A program made the translations under genes and the position numbers. 64,000 nucleotides of DNA from an uncultured Thermoplasmata archaeon (lineage in GTDB: Archaea; Thermoplasmatota; Thermoplasmata; SG8-5): positions 320,706 to 384,705 of the forward strand of contig CAYHBA010000001.1 in the NCBI GenBank assembly GCA_964354755.1. Reading direction: 5' to 3'. Positions 1 to 8,821 of this stretch are shown here, one piece after another (the stretch's first letter is position 1; each line of letters opens with the position of its first letter). Below the pieces are notes generated by a model. That model was not told the origin of the DNA and did no database searches. It saw only the letters and a list, made by a program, of their open reading frames with translations.

Positions 1-487
1 GATCAAGAATAACAACATTAACTTCTACACGCTGATCCTCGTCGAATGCATCTGTCGCATCCCCGAAGTAGGATGTGTGGCCGGTTGCGCTCCAGGCCTC
101 GGGAGTGTAAACCTTGAATGTCTTGCTGACCACCAGTTGACCTGTGTAATTCGCATAGAGAATGTAGTCACCTATCGCATAGGGGCCATAGTCAATCTCT
201 GAAATGATGCCAAAGCTGTTCGTGGTGCCTGAACCGGTGAATACAACCCCGATTCCAGCCAGACCGTAAATGGTCACATCAATCAGTGCTGACTGAAGGG
301 GGGCACCTGCGTCATACGCGGTAACCTCGAATCTTACGTAATCCCCGGTATCGAAATAGTCTTGCTCATGATAGTTCCAATCGGACAGAACGACCGTTCC
401 GCTGAAAGGTGCGGCCCTTGCTGCGGGGGCCATCACCATTGCGCTCGTCATCAGCAGGCACACTATCAAAATTGCTCTCCAGTTCAT
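1..487 (-). CDS. Secreted/cell-surface protein, partial (runs off the left edge)
   Basis: Manual translation from ATG at 487: MNWRAILIVCLLMTSAMVMAPAARA-APF..., a signal peptide followed by beta-rich sequence. GAGGT SD lies upstream and the frame is open to position 1. Not in the ORF track. Confidence 0.75.
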   Translation of the reverse strand, partial: MNWRAILIVCLLMTSAMVMAPAARAAPFSGTVVLSDWNYHEQDYFDTGDYVRFEVTAYDAGAPLQSALIDVTIYGLAGIGVVFTGSGTTNSFGIISEIDYGPYAIGDYILYANYTGQLVVSKTFKVYTPEAWSATGHTSYFGDATDAFDEDQRVEVNVVILD

Positions 488-554
488 TTTATTACCTCAT
501 AATTATTCTAATCAATAAACGCTTTGACACTATATATTATTTTGGTGAAGGATT

Positions 555-575
555 AAAAATATGCGGACGCCGGGA
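555..575 (-). repeat. Direct-repeat copy of the tRNA-Gly 3' end (att-like)
   Basis: Minus strand TCCCGGCGTCCGCATATTTTT vs TCCCGGCATCCGCATCTTTTT at 809-829; 19/21 identical. Confidence 0.75.
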
Positions 576-576
576 T

Positions 577-753
577 GCAAAAGATTGATCTCTGAGACGC
601 TAACCCAATCTTTTGCCAACGCCGAATTCATTTCTTGTGGAGTCTGTTCCAAATCATGAATTCGGCTTGCTCGCAACATAGGCTGTGAATTTGCTGAGGT
701 CTATGTTGCTCGGCCAGCCGAATACGTATAATAATGTTATCAAAGTATTCGGC
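577..753. repeat. Tandem four-hairpin array (family B, copy 1)
   Basis: Perfect inverted repeats at 577-616 (11 bp), 621-666 (11 bp), 673-709 (9 bp) and 717-753 (9 bp), with loops of 18, 24, 19 and 19 nt. Homologous to 30687-30826. Confidence 0.8.
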
Positions 754-815
754 GTATCAAAACATATTCCAGCATATTTTTCTGTGAACGATAATAGGCG
801 ACGAGAAGAAAAAGA

Positions 816-918
816 TGCGGATGCCGGGAGTTTCGATGAACATACCAGGGGCTGTTCATTTCGAACCCGAGCAGCAAGCTTGGGAAGCTTGAATCCTAAC
901 CAGCTAGATTACATCCGC
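816..918 (-). tRNA. tRNA-Gly(CCC) with a 30-nt intron at position 59/60 (intron 830..859)
   Basis: Acceptor stem GCGGATG/CATCCGC, anticodon arm CAAGC-TTCCCAA-GCTTG, T arm TCGGG-TTCGAA^T-CCCGG. Removing 830..859 gives a 73-nt cloverleaf, and the junctions form a relaxed bulge-helix-bulge. Confidence 0.9.
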
Positions 919-964
919 ACAAGGGCTGGGCAGGGATGGATTCGGGATATTAATATTTCTGCGG

Positions 965-1708
965 CTACCACTTGCCCTTATTCTTGTCCTTCTTCATCTT
1001 CCAGCCCTTGGGGGCTTTGCCCATGACGACCTCTGGCTGTTGAACGGGAGACTGTGCCGGCTGGACAGCAGAATCGACGGCCTTGGGCATGTGCATATGA
1101 ATGCTGGGCAGTGTCACGGGGAAGAACGGGTGGTCCTTGCCCTCGGCCTCCATCTCCCTGCGGTGCTGGAGGGACATTATCCCACCCACATAACCGAATA
1201 CAACTGTCAGGACATACGGATACACGAAGAATTCGGCTGACCACAGGGCCTCGGCGAACTTGTGCAGGTAATCCGACATGAATGCAAGTGCCGGACCGAA
1301 GACAGGCAGATTCTCCGAGACAAAGTCCGCGCCCCGCCCAGGGAAGCCCAGGAACCAATCTATCTCGGACACGTGGCTCCCCATCGCCCTGAGGATGAAC
1401 AGAAGGAAAATGATGCTCATCGGTGCGAGCGCGGCGAGCGCGCCTTTCCACGGGACTCCGGCCTTCCTGCCTCCGACGTAACCGGCTATCATCTGCCCGA
1501 AGGGCGGGAACCAGAATAGCAGGAGCGAGAGAATCGATGTGTACCATACAGCGGACCAGAAGCTGTAAATTTTCTTCTCCTTCACGGCTTCGACAGTTTG
1601 GTCGTCGACAATGAACGGGTGCGGGGCATTGCCCATGCTGTAAACTCCGCCTGACTGGAGCCGCCTTGTGGTGCCATCCTGGCTGGCCAGCTTGTTTCTG
1701 CCGAACAT
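965..1708 (-). CDS. Hypothetical membrane protein
   Basis: 247 aa with several hydrophobic helices and a GQMIAGYVGG glycine motif. Confidence 0.7.
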   Translation of the reverse strand: MFGRNKLASQDGTTRRLQSGGVYSMGNAPHPFIVDDQTVEAVKEKKIYSFWSAVWYTSILSLLLFWFPPFGQMIAGYVGGRKAGVPWKGALAALAPMSIIFLLFILRAMGSHVSEIDWFLGFPGRGADFVSENLPVFGPALAFMSDYLHKFAEALWSAEFFVYPYVLTVVFGYVGGIMSLQHRREMEAEGKDHPFFPVTLPSIHMHMPKAVDSAVQPAQSPVQQPEVVMGKAPKGWKMKKDKNKGKW

Positions 1709-1758
1709 CCCATCCCGGTAATATATATGGACTGAAGTATAAAAAAGTTGTCAGCCGG

Positions 1759-3732
1759 TCACTTCATCTTCCTCATGACGAGCCAGCCCGCGATGCACGC
1801 AACTGCGAATATGATGATAATGACGATCGCTATCATGGTTCTGCCCGTACCCGGAGCGCTGGCTGTAGTGAAAGTGGCAACGTAGGGCGCCGCGAGGCCG
1901 TTGCTCCAGAGGTCGGTTGCTCCCGTGCCCACCGTAACCGTGTAAGGCTTCGAGTAATCCAGGCTGTCCGGGTGGAATGTCATGTTCCGGCCGTCCCAGG
2001 TGAAGGTCCCTGTCGCATTCCCTGAAATTGCGAACGCAGCTTCTGTCAGAGTATGGTTCATGGGTTCGCTGAACATTATTGTGATGTTGCTGTCAACCGG
2101 GAACGCCCTGTCCCCGTCCTCGAACGAAAGGCCGATAATCTCGGGGGGGAATATGTCTCCAAGGTCGGTGAAGGTGACCTGCTTGGTCTGCGACACATAG
2201 ATCCCTGTCAACGGATTCGGGTCGAAGTTGTAGCCTTCGGCAAATACCTGGATGTTCAGCGGGGAAAGGATGACACCGGCCTCGGACACAGTGCCGTCCT
2301 TGACAACCATAACTGGAGTGCTGCCCCCCTGGTCCGTTGTTACATTGTGCAGGACCAGCTGACTCTCCCGAACGACAACCCGCGCCCCTGCAATCGGGTC
2401 CCCGTAGTAATCCAGGACCCGGGCTCGCATGCCGTCGAAGGTCTGGAACAGGCAGTTGTATCCGCCGATGATTACTGAGTCAGGATCCACTGACCCGTTG
2501 AAAGCCGTGCCTGTGGCATTCTCGTCCAGGTATATCTGGGATTTCAACGAGTTGAAGAATTCGGAATTGTACACTGTGAAGCTGGAGTTGGTTGCAAAAA
2601 CCGAGTTCATCGTGTTGGAGACATTGCTGTTCCGCATCGTCACATTGCTGCAGTCGTAAAGCGTCACAGAACCCTGGGCCGTGAGCGTGCCATAATACCC
2701 TTTGGACCAGCCCGAGTCCATCTGCAGGCCGTCAATGGTGAAATCGCTCCTCCCGACATAGAAGCAATCGGTCACCTCGATGCCGTTCACCGTGTTGTTG
2801 ACCATGTTGGCCAGAATATGCCTTGATTCATAGTCTATGTCCATGCCGACATGGTTGTAGACCAGCCTGTTGTTCATGATGGTGGCGTTGGAATGTATGA
2901 ACCTTGTGCCGTTGCCGCCGCATACCCTTATCGTGTTCCCATCAATGATAGGCGCAGCGTAGAATCCGTGAATCCCGTCCCTGCACTGATATATGTCGTT
3001 ATGGGCTATGGTCGAGTTGCCCCAGCCTATTATGCCGATCCAGCATGTTTCAATCTTATTGTTGACAACATAAGCCACATCGTAGCAGACTATTCCGTAA
3101 TAGCATGTCAGTATGCGGTTGCCGTCGACTACCGGGGTGGATTTATTGTCGCAGACTATGCCGACCCAGGTGGTGAAATTCACATAATTGGCTCTCACAA
3201 CGGGGGAGCAGTTCATCCCGCACCGAACGCCGTAGTAAAAGGTGAACTCGATGGATGAATTCGTCAGAGTCAGGTCCGAGCCCCAGCATCCTATGCCGAC
3301 CTCCGAGTAACTGATTGCCGCATTGTCAAATATGCATGGCCCGGTGCAGTTCTCCAGGGTGATGCCCTCCCAGTCCATGGTGGCCGGCGTGTCCGAGAAC
3401 GGCTTGAAGGATATTGTCTGGTACGGCGAGCCGTCAGCCGTGATGTTGCCCTTCACATGCAGGCTTGCGCCGAGCTCGAACTTCACGGTCACGCCCGGCA
3501 CTATGGTCAGCGTGACATTCTCCGCGACCCAGATGTCCTTTGCGACGTAGATGAACGGATATGTCAGCGCATTCCATTCCGTGTCAGCAGTGATATTATC
3601 AGAAACAATGAGGCCGCCTATGGCAGCCCTGGTCCCCGGAGAATCAGTATTTAGGCCCTGATGGCAGTGACAGTACAGCGCGCTGCCCAGCAATGCGAAT
3701 ATGACTATGACACATGCGATTATCCGGTTCAT
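1759..3732 (-). CDS. Cell-surface protein: parallel beta-helix (NosD/pectin-lyase-like), Ig-like (Big_5-type) domain and C-terminal membrane anchor
   Basis: Signal peptide, repeated 'I..N.I....GI' beta-helix pattern, 'ITIMFSEPMN...YTVTV...ATDLWSNGL' Ig motif, C-terminal TM followed by RKMK. Confidence 0.8.
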   Translation of the reverse strand: MNRIIACVIVIFALLGSALYCHCHQGLNTDSPGTRAAIGGLIVSDNITADTEWNALTYPFIYVAKDIWVAENVTLTIVPGVTVKFELGASLHVKGNITADGSPYQTISFKPFSDTPATMDWEGITLENCTGPCIFDNAAISYSEVGIGCWGSDLTLTNSSIEFTFYYGVRCGMNCSPVVRANYVNFTTWVGIVCDNKSTPVVDGNRILTCYYGIVCYDVAYVVNNKIETCWIGIIGWGNSTIAHNDIYQCRDGIHGFYAAPIIDGNTIRVCGGNGTRFIHSNATIMNNRLVYNHVGMDIDYESRHILANMVNNTVNGIEVTDCFYVGRSDFTIDGLQMDSGWSKGYYGTLTAQGSVTLYDCSNVTMRNSNVSNTMNSVFATNSSFTVYNSEFFNSLKSQIYLDENATGTAFNGSVDPDSVIIGGYNCLFQTFDGMRARVLDYYGDPIAGARVVVRESQLVLHNVTTDQGGSTPVMVVKDGTVSEAGVILSPLNIQVFAEGYNFDPNPLTGIYVSQTKQVTFTDLGDIFPPEIIGLSFEDGDRAFPVDSNITIMFSEPMNHTLTEAAFAISGNATGTFTWDGRNMTFHPDSLDYSKPYTVTVGTGATDLWSNGLAAPYVATFTTASAPGTGRTMIAIVIIIIFAVACIAGWLVMRKMK

Positions 3733-3753
3733 GGGACCGCCAGCGTAGCTGAA

Positions 3754-4311
3754 TTAATGCAGGAGCCCGGCCGCGCGCAGCTCCTTCTTGAGAGTCTCGA
3801 CGCCTGTCTCGATGTCGTCCACCTTCTTGGCGCCGGTGCATACGACCTTGCCGGAGCCGAAAAGCAGCATGACAACCTTGGGGTCGGCCACCCTGTACAC
3901 CAGACCGGGGAACTGCTCAGGCTCGTACTCGACCCTCTCGAGGCCGAGCGTTATCGCGATGGCGTTGAGGTTGAGGTCGTTCTTGAGGTCGTAAACAGCG
4001 ACAATGTTCTGAACAGTGATGACAGGTTCCTTGATTACCGGAAGCCCGGCTTTCTCAAGCTTCTTGCTCACGGTTTTAATCGTCTTCTTGACGCTCTCGA
4101 TTGTCTTGGCACCTGTGCAGTTGGCCTTCCCGCTCCTGAAGAGCAGGATTGCCGTCCTCTCCTCTTTCAGCCTGTAAACCAGACCGGGGAACTGCTCTGG
4201 CTCGTATTCCGCGCCGTCCAGGGCAAGTGCCACCTGGTTGAGGTCAAGTTTCTCCGCAAGAGTGGTCGATGCAACGATATTCTCAATGCTGATTTTCTGT
4301 TTCTCGGACAT
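3754..4311 (-). CDS. tbp: TATA-box binding protein
   Basis: Two repeats of 'NIVA...YEPEQFPGLVYR...LLFxSGKxxCTGAK'; start taken at ATG 4311. Confidence 0.97.
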   Translation of the reverse strand: MSEKQKISIENIVASTTLAEKLDLNQVALALDGAEYEPEQFPGLVYRLKEERTAILLFRSGKANCTGAKTIESVKKTIKTVSKKLEKAGLPVIKEPVITVQNIVAVYDLKNDLNLNAIAITLGLERVEYEPEQFPGLVYRVADPKVVMLLFGSGKVVCTGAKKVDDIETGVETLKKELRAAGLLH

Positions 4312-4352
4312 TTTACACGCCCCCAAGTTGTATGCATTTTCAATCTTAGATG

Positions 4353-4369
4353 TATAAATACTATATAAA
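4353..4369 (-). promoter_or_regulatory. TATA box(es) upstream of tbp
   Basis: Minus strand TTTATATA at 4362-4369, with a second ATTTATA adjacent, about 50 nt before the start codon. Confidence 0.6.
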
Positions 4370-4429
4370 GACTATTGGAGATAATCTGTGCTCGGAGAGC
4401 TGCATTCGCGGGCATCCGACCGACCGCGC

Positions 4430-4713
4430 CATGCCCCGCCTGTTTTTAGCGGTATCCAAAGTCCTGCGGGACATTTGGAACGGGAGGGCGGGGTTGTACC
4501 ACCCGGTTGTCTGAATCGAGTGGGTTGACAAAACTAATATCCAAAATCCCTTAAAACCTTGGCTGTACGAGCATTGTAGCTCCATGGCAACTTATTAACA
4601 TCAATGCGAGTGAGACGAATGGCTTGCCATTCGTTGCAAGGGCAGGGATGTGAGGCCCCACAAACGCTCACCGTGGCCTCCGATGTATGAGCTCTTGTAA
4701 GGGGACGATTCTC
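4430..4713. repeat. Structured intergenic repeat (family A, diverged copy 1)
   Basis: Motifs CATGCCCCGCCTG...AGGGCGGGGTT, TTGGCTGTACGAG and GCTCTTGTAAGG are collinear with the copies at 39333 and 55675. Confidence 0.6.
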
Positions 4714-5268
4714 TCATCCTAATGATACCGCCGCCACATCCGAGTACACCGGCCTCTGGGGCGTCAGCACGCTCTTCTTCAGGATGATGCGGTCGACACT
4801 GACTTCGCCGAACTCGCCCGGCTCCCACTCCCGGACTACCTGGGCCAGCTCTCGGATGTTGCGCCCGTCCTTGATTCTACCGATGGTGATGTGGGGAGAG
4901 AATTTCCTTTTCTCGGGCTCGAAGCCCAGGGGCTTCAGGCCGTCGTCGATTTTCCCCGCAATGATGCCCAAGGGTTCCGCCCCCTCCAACCCGGCCCAGA
5001 CAACCGATATCCTGTTGAGGTTGGGAAAGGCTCCCGAGCCTTTCATCTTCATCTGAAATGGGGGTATGCCGACTGCTGCGGACTTCATGATTTTCTCGAT
5101 CTCCGGAATCAGTGATTCATCAGTGTCTCCCAGGAACTTCAGCGTGACATGGATGTTATGCAAATCCACCAATTTAACGGTCGCGCCAGAAGCTTTCACA
5201 GCCTTGGTATATTTCTCCAATTCGGCCGAGAAAGGCACTTCCACAGCGATGAATGCCCTGAAGGTCAC
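4714..5268 (-). CDS. thpR: RNA 2',3'-cyclic phosphodiesterase (2'-5' RNA ligase family)
   Basis: Two HxT motifs (HVTLKFLG, PHITIGR) and N-terminal RAFIAV. Confidence 0.92.
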   Translation of the reverse strand: MTFRAFIAVEVPFSAELEKYTKAVKASGATVKLVDLHNIHVTLKFLGDTDESLIPEIEKIMKSAAVGIPPFQMKMKGSGAFPNLNRISVVWAGLEGAEPLGIIAGKIDDGLKPLGFEPEKRKFSPHITIGRIKDGRNIRELAQVVREWEPGEFGEVSVDRIILKKSVLTPQRPVYSDVAAVSLG

Positions 5269-5948
5269 TTACTCACCGTAGTGCCGTTGAAGGGCTTTCC
5301 CAATATTGCCTTCTCCAGCTCGGCAAGGTCCCTGCCCTGCACCACCAAGGTCCTGATGCCCGACCTTGCTACAATCTTGGCGCCCATCGGGTCGAATACC
5401 ACGTTCGGGCCTGCTCCCGGCTCCACTTTCATGCATATCTCCAGGAGCTTTGTGAATGTTATGGCTTTCAGCCGCTTGGCCTTCGGGTCCTTCCTCGGGT
5501 CCGATGTATAGACACCGTCAACCGATGTGGCATTGACCAACCGGACTGCGCTGGCTCTCTCCCCCAGCATCGCGGCCACGGCGTCGGTCGTGTGTCCGGG
5601 ATGGGTGCCTCCCATAACCACTATCGAATGATCTTTGGCGGCCGAAAGGGCTTCGTCGAATGTCTCGGCCGGTATGTGGTAGGCCGAATCCCCGAGCGCG
5701 GTTATCAACATCCTGGCATTCAGCCTTGTCACTTCAATGCCGATGTCATCGAGATAGGATTCATCGGCTCCCAGACTCCTTCCCAGCTTAATGTAGTATC
5801 GGGCTATGCGGCCGCCGCCCACGACGATGAATAATTTCACTTTCCCGGAGACGCGGTTCAGCATCCTGGCCAGCTTGACGATGAAGCCTTTGTCGTCATC
5901 GTCCGGGACGAGAATCGAGCCGCCGATTGAGACTACAACTGTGTCCAT
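5265..5948 (-). CDS. pyrH: UMP kinase
   Basis: SIGGS, VVGGG, GGTHPGHTTDAVAA and VDGVYTSDP motifs. Confidence 0.93.
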   Translation of the reverse strand: MDTVVVSIGGSILVPDDDDKGFIVKLARMLNRVSGKVKLFIVVGGGRIARYYIKLGRSLGADESYLDDIGIEVTRLNARMLITALGDSAYHIPAETFDEALSAAKDHSIVVMGGTHPGHTTDAVAAMLGERASAVRLVNATSVDGVYTSDPRKDPKAKRLKAITFTKLLEICMKVEPGAGPNVVFDPMGAKIVARSGIRTLVVQGRDLAELEKAILGKPFNGTTVSK

Positions 5949-6006
5949 GCTATCGATGGGGAATCAGCAGAACCATATTTGATGGTTGCGTAGAAAAAAG
6001 CTATCG

Positions 6007-7587
6007 CTATTCGCCGCCGAAGAAGCCCCTTAGAACGGGGTGCATCTCCATCATCTGCTCGCGGCCCATAGCCTCGTACATCTGTATCATGATGCCCACG
6101 GACAGCAGGACTCCCGTGCCGCTTGAATTTCCCACGGTCCCCAGCATGTCTGCGAATGCGGCCAGGCCGCCCACGATTGCGCCGCTCAATACCGTTACCA
6201 CTGGAACATAGCGTTCAAGCACTTTTTCGAGCACCCTCGGATCGCGCCTGAAACCGGGTATCTGCATGCCGCTGTCCTGTATCTGCTCAGCGACGGCTTT
6301 CGGGCCCATGTTGGTCGTGTCAATCCAGAACTTGGCGAACATCACCGAGCCGACAATCATCACTGACAGGTACAGGAATAACCTGGCCATCACCTGGAAC
6401 ATTGTTTTCTGCACGCCTTCGGTGTAATAAGGCAGATAGCGCGAGTCGAAAATCGGCAGCAGCCAGTCCTGGAGACCATTGATGCTTGACACATACCACG
6501 CGGCACCTCCGGTAAGCTGGGGGGTTGTGCGGGCTCCGATTTCTGCATAATGGCCTAGCATGGCATTGTGCCCGAGGAACGGGACAGTGGAAAAGAAGGA
6601 GTTGGACCAGAAAAGCATTGCGAACATTCCCACGTTTGCCAGCACAGCGGCTATCAGGATGACAGGGATATTTGATGCATAAATCAACTTGATGGGGTAA
6701 CGGCCCCTGGCCCCTCTGGCGCTCTCATGCGACAGGGGCAGTTCGATGCGCACGGATTCTATGTAAGCGACAAAGAAGAATATGGTCAGTGTCCCGACCA
6801 GCGCGACAATGGGATTGGGCTGTTCGATCAGCACGCGCTGGAAATAACCGCCAGACATATTGCTGGAGGATACATGCGTGAAATAGTACACTGTTTTCAT
6901 GAGGGTGCCGGCCGGCGGATTGCTCACGCTTGTGGGCAGGGAACTGTCCACAGGCATCCAATTCAGCGTTCCTGTGAACATCTGCTGCGCCACGCCGGCT
7001 GCGATGAAGAGGGATATGCCGCTTCCGATGCCCCATTTGGACACTGTCTCGTCCATGAGGAACACCAGGTAGCTTCCGAAACATAATTGGCCTATGACGA
7101 GGAGTTTGGCCCAGTCCGATCCGATGTTGGTCTCGAGCGAGCTCGACGGTATCAGATAACCGTAGACCTGGGGAACGGCCTCCACGATTATCATGATTAT
7201 GACGAGGAATTTCTGGACACCCTGGTAGACTTGTTTGTCCTCATCGTCCTTGAGGTCCAACTTGATTATCTTGGCGCCCACGAAGAGCTGCATTATGATG
7301 GACCCAGTGACGATCGGGCCTATGCCCAGATGCATTAGCGAGCCCTGGGCGCCGGCCATGATGGCCCTGTAGCTCTCGAACAGGTCTATTGTCTGCTCCT
7401 GGTCAAGGCCGTATATCATGACGTTTGTCAGTACAAAATAGAGTATGAGAATCAGGACAAGCCAGAACATCTTCGTCTTGAAGTGGACATGGCCGTCAGG
7501 CTTCTTGATGGAGGGAAGCCTCTCGTAAATCGGCTTCAGTTTGTAAAGCAGACTCTTCGGCTCTTCATCCTCAGTCATGGACATCAC
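6007..7587 (-). CDS. secY: Preprotein translocase SecY
   Basis: LGIGPIVT, GIGSGISLFI, YASNIPVIL and IPGFRRD motifs; sits at the end of the ribosomal operon. Confidence 0.97.
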   Translation of the reverse strand: MMSMTEDEEPKSLLYKLKPIYERLPSIKKPDGHVHFKTKMFWLVLILILYFVLTNVMIYGLDQEQTIDLFESYRAIMAGAQGSLMHLGIGPIVTGSIIMQLFVGAKIIKLDLKDDEDKQVYQGVQKFLVIIMIIVEAVPQVYGYLIPSSSLETNIGSDWAKLLVIGQLCFGSYLVFLMDETVSKWGIGSGISLFIAAGVAQQMFTGTLNWMPVDSSLPTSVSNPPAGTLMKTVYYFTHVSSSNMSGGYFQRVLIEQPNPIVALVGTLTIFFFVAYIESVRIELPLSHESARGARGRYPIKLIYASNIPVILIAAVLANVGMFAMLFWSNSFFSTVPFLGHNAMLGHYAEIGARTTPQLTGGAAWYVSSINGLQDWLLPIFDSRYLPYYTEGVQKTMFQVMARLFLYLSVMIVGSVMFAKFWIDTTNMGPKAVAEQIQDSGMQIPGFRRDPRVLEKVLERYVPVVTVLSGAIVGGLAAFADMLGTVGNSSGTGVLLSVGIMIQMYEAMGREQMMEMHPVLRGFFGGE

Positions 7588-8021
7588 TCATTTTTCTGTG
7601 CGGGAGTCTCGACCTTGCCCCCTGCGGCTTCGACCTTCTGCCGGGCAATGGCAGTGGCCTCGGCAACCCTGATTGTGAGGGGCGTTTTAATGCTTCCGCC
7701 ACCCAGCAGCTTGTTGTACTTGGAATTTGTGAGGTCAATAACCATGCCCTTCTCGGCTTTCTTGGCAAGGCCGTATTCGATCAGCTTCGGAAGCTCGGTC
7801 TGGAGGCTTCCGACATTGATGGTGACCACGTCCTTCTTTGGTGCATGGCGCTTGAATCCGTGCCTTCCGAAATGGTAAGGGTCGTACTTGACCGTGTAAA
7901 GGTACTTGTGCTTGTGCAGCCCGGCGTTTCCCTTGCCGCCCCTGAGACCTGCGCCCCTTCCTGCCTTTTTTCCGCGGCCATGCGTCCTGCGGCCCCTGTA
8001 TTTCTCTGTCCTGTGCCTCAT
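7584..8021 (-). CDS. rpl15: 50S ribosomal protein uL15
   Basis: RGRRTHGRG...GGKGNAG...FGRHGF and KLLGGG motifs. Confidence 0.95.
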   Translation of the reverse strand: MRHRTEKYRGRRTHGRGKKAGRGAGLRGGKGNAGLHKHKYLYTVKYDPYHFGRHGFKRHAPKKDVVTINVGSLQTELPKLIEYGLAKKAEKGMVIDLTNSKYNKLLGGGSIKTPLTIRVAEATAIARQKVEAAGGKVETPAQKNE

Positions 8022-8821
8022 TTGGGAGCCTCCTTCTTTGCCGGGGCCTTCTTGGCTGTCGGTTTGGCCTCCTTTCCCGGAGCGGTCGCTGCATCAGCCG
8101 GCTTGGCTGAGGCGGCCGTTGCCTTGGCTGGCTTCGCCGGGACAGGCCCTGCTTTGGTCGGTTTGGCTGGAGCAGGCCCCACCTTGTCTGATTTGGCCGG
8201 GGCAGGCTCGGTCTTGGTGGCTTTGACCTTGGGAGCTGGGGCTTTGGTTTGCTTGGTCTTGATGGCCTCAGCCTTGACTGCCTGTTTCTTGGCTACGGGG
8301 GCTTTAGGCTCAGCCTTCGGCTTTGCAGGTTCCGGCTTGGCCTTTTCCTTGGGCACGTCCAGCATTCTGAGGATAAGGTCATTTATCGCCTCCCCGCGGT
8401 ACCCGAGGGAACCGTGGTCATTGAACGACCGCTTCACTGACTTGAAGCCCCTGTGCGGCGGGTGAAGCCTGAAAATTGGCTTCACATCCTTCAATGCAGT
8501 GTATTTGACATTGCCGCCAGCCACTGCCTCGGCGAACTTCATCAGGGATTCGTGCTTTGTGTTCTCCTTGATATACTGGTTGGTTACCGGCCTGTCCCCT
8601 GACAGCCTGCCGCGCCTGAGTATCATGTTTGTCAGGACCTCGGACTTTATCTCGCCCCAGGTGATGTAATCCTTGGCTTTCTGCAGCATGCCGTCGTAGG
8701 ATTTTCCGTCCGGAACGAGCACGCAATGGTTCACCCTGGTCAGCCTGAGCGACTTCAGTGTCAGTTTGACATCATGTATGGCGTTTATGTCGCTCCTTAT
8801 ACGTATCGCGGCGCGCGTCAT
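8018..8821 (-). CDS. rpl30: 50S ribosomal protein uL30 with a long K/A/P-rich C-terminal tail
   Basis: [24 protein letters not shown] and [11 protein letters not shown] motifs; tail of about 110 aa. Confidence 0.93.
   Translation of the reverse strand: MTRAAIRIRSDINAIHDVKLTLKSLRLTRVNHCVLVPDGKSYDGMLQKAKDYITWGEIKSEVLTNMILRRGRLSGDRPVTNQYIKENTKHESLMKFAEAVAGGNVKYTALKDVKPIFRLHPPHRGFKSVKRSFNDHGSLGYRGEAINDLILRMLDVPKEKAKPEPAKPKAEPKAPVAKKQAVKAEAIKTKQTKAPAPKVKATKTEPAPAKSDKVGPAPAKPTKAGPVPAKPAKATAASAKPADAATAPGKEAKPTAKKAPAKKEAPK

Noticed and set aside
562..600. 3' half of a split (trans-spliced) tRNA
   Set aside because: The fragment lacks the upstream CGAA helix strand needed to form a bulge-helix-bulge with a 5' half.
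577..753. CRISPR array
   Set aside because: No identical direct repeats separated by spacers; the variable parts are inside inverted repeats and no cas genes are in the window.
685..1026. 113-aa plus-strand ORF
   Set aside because: It runs antisense across the tRNA and hairpin array and has no protein-like features.
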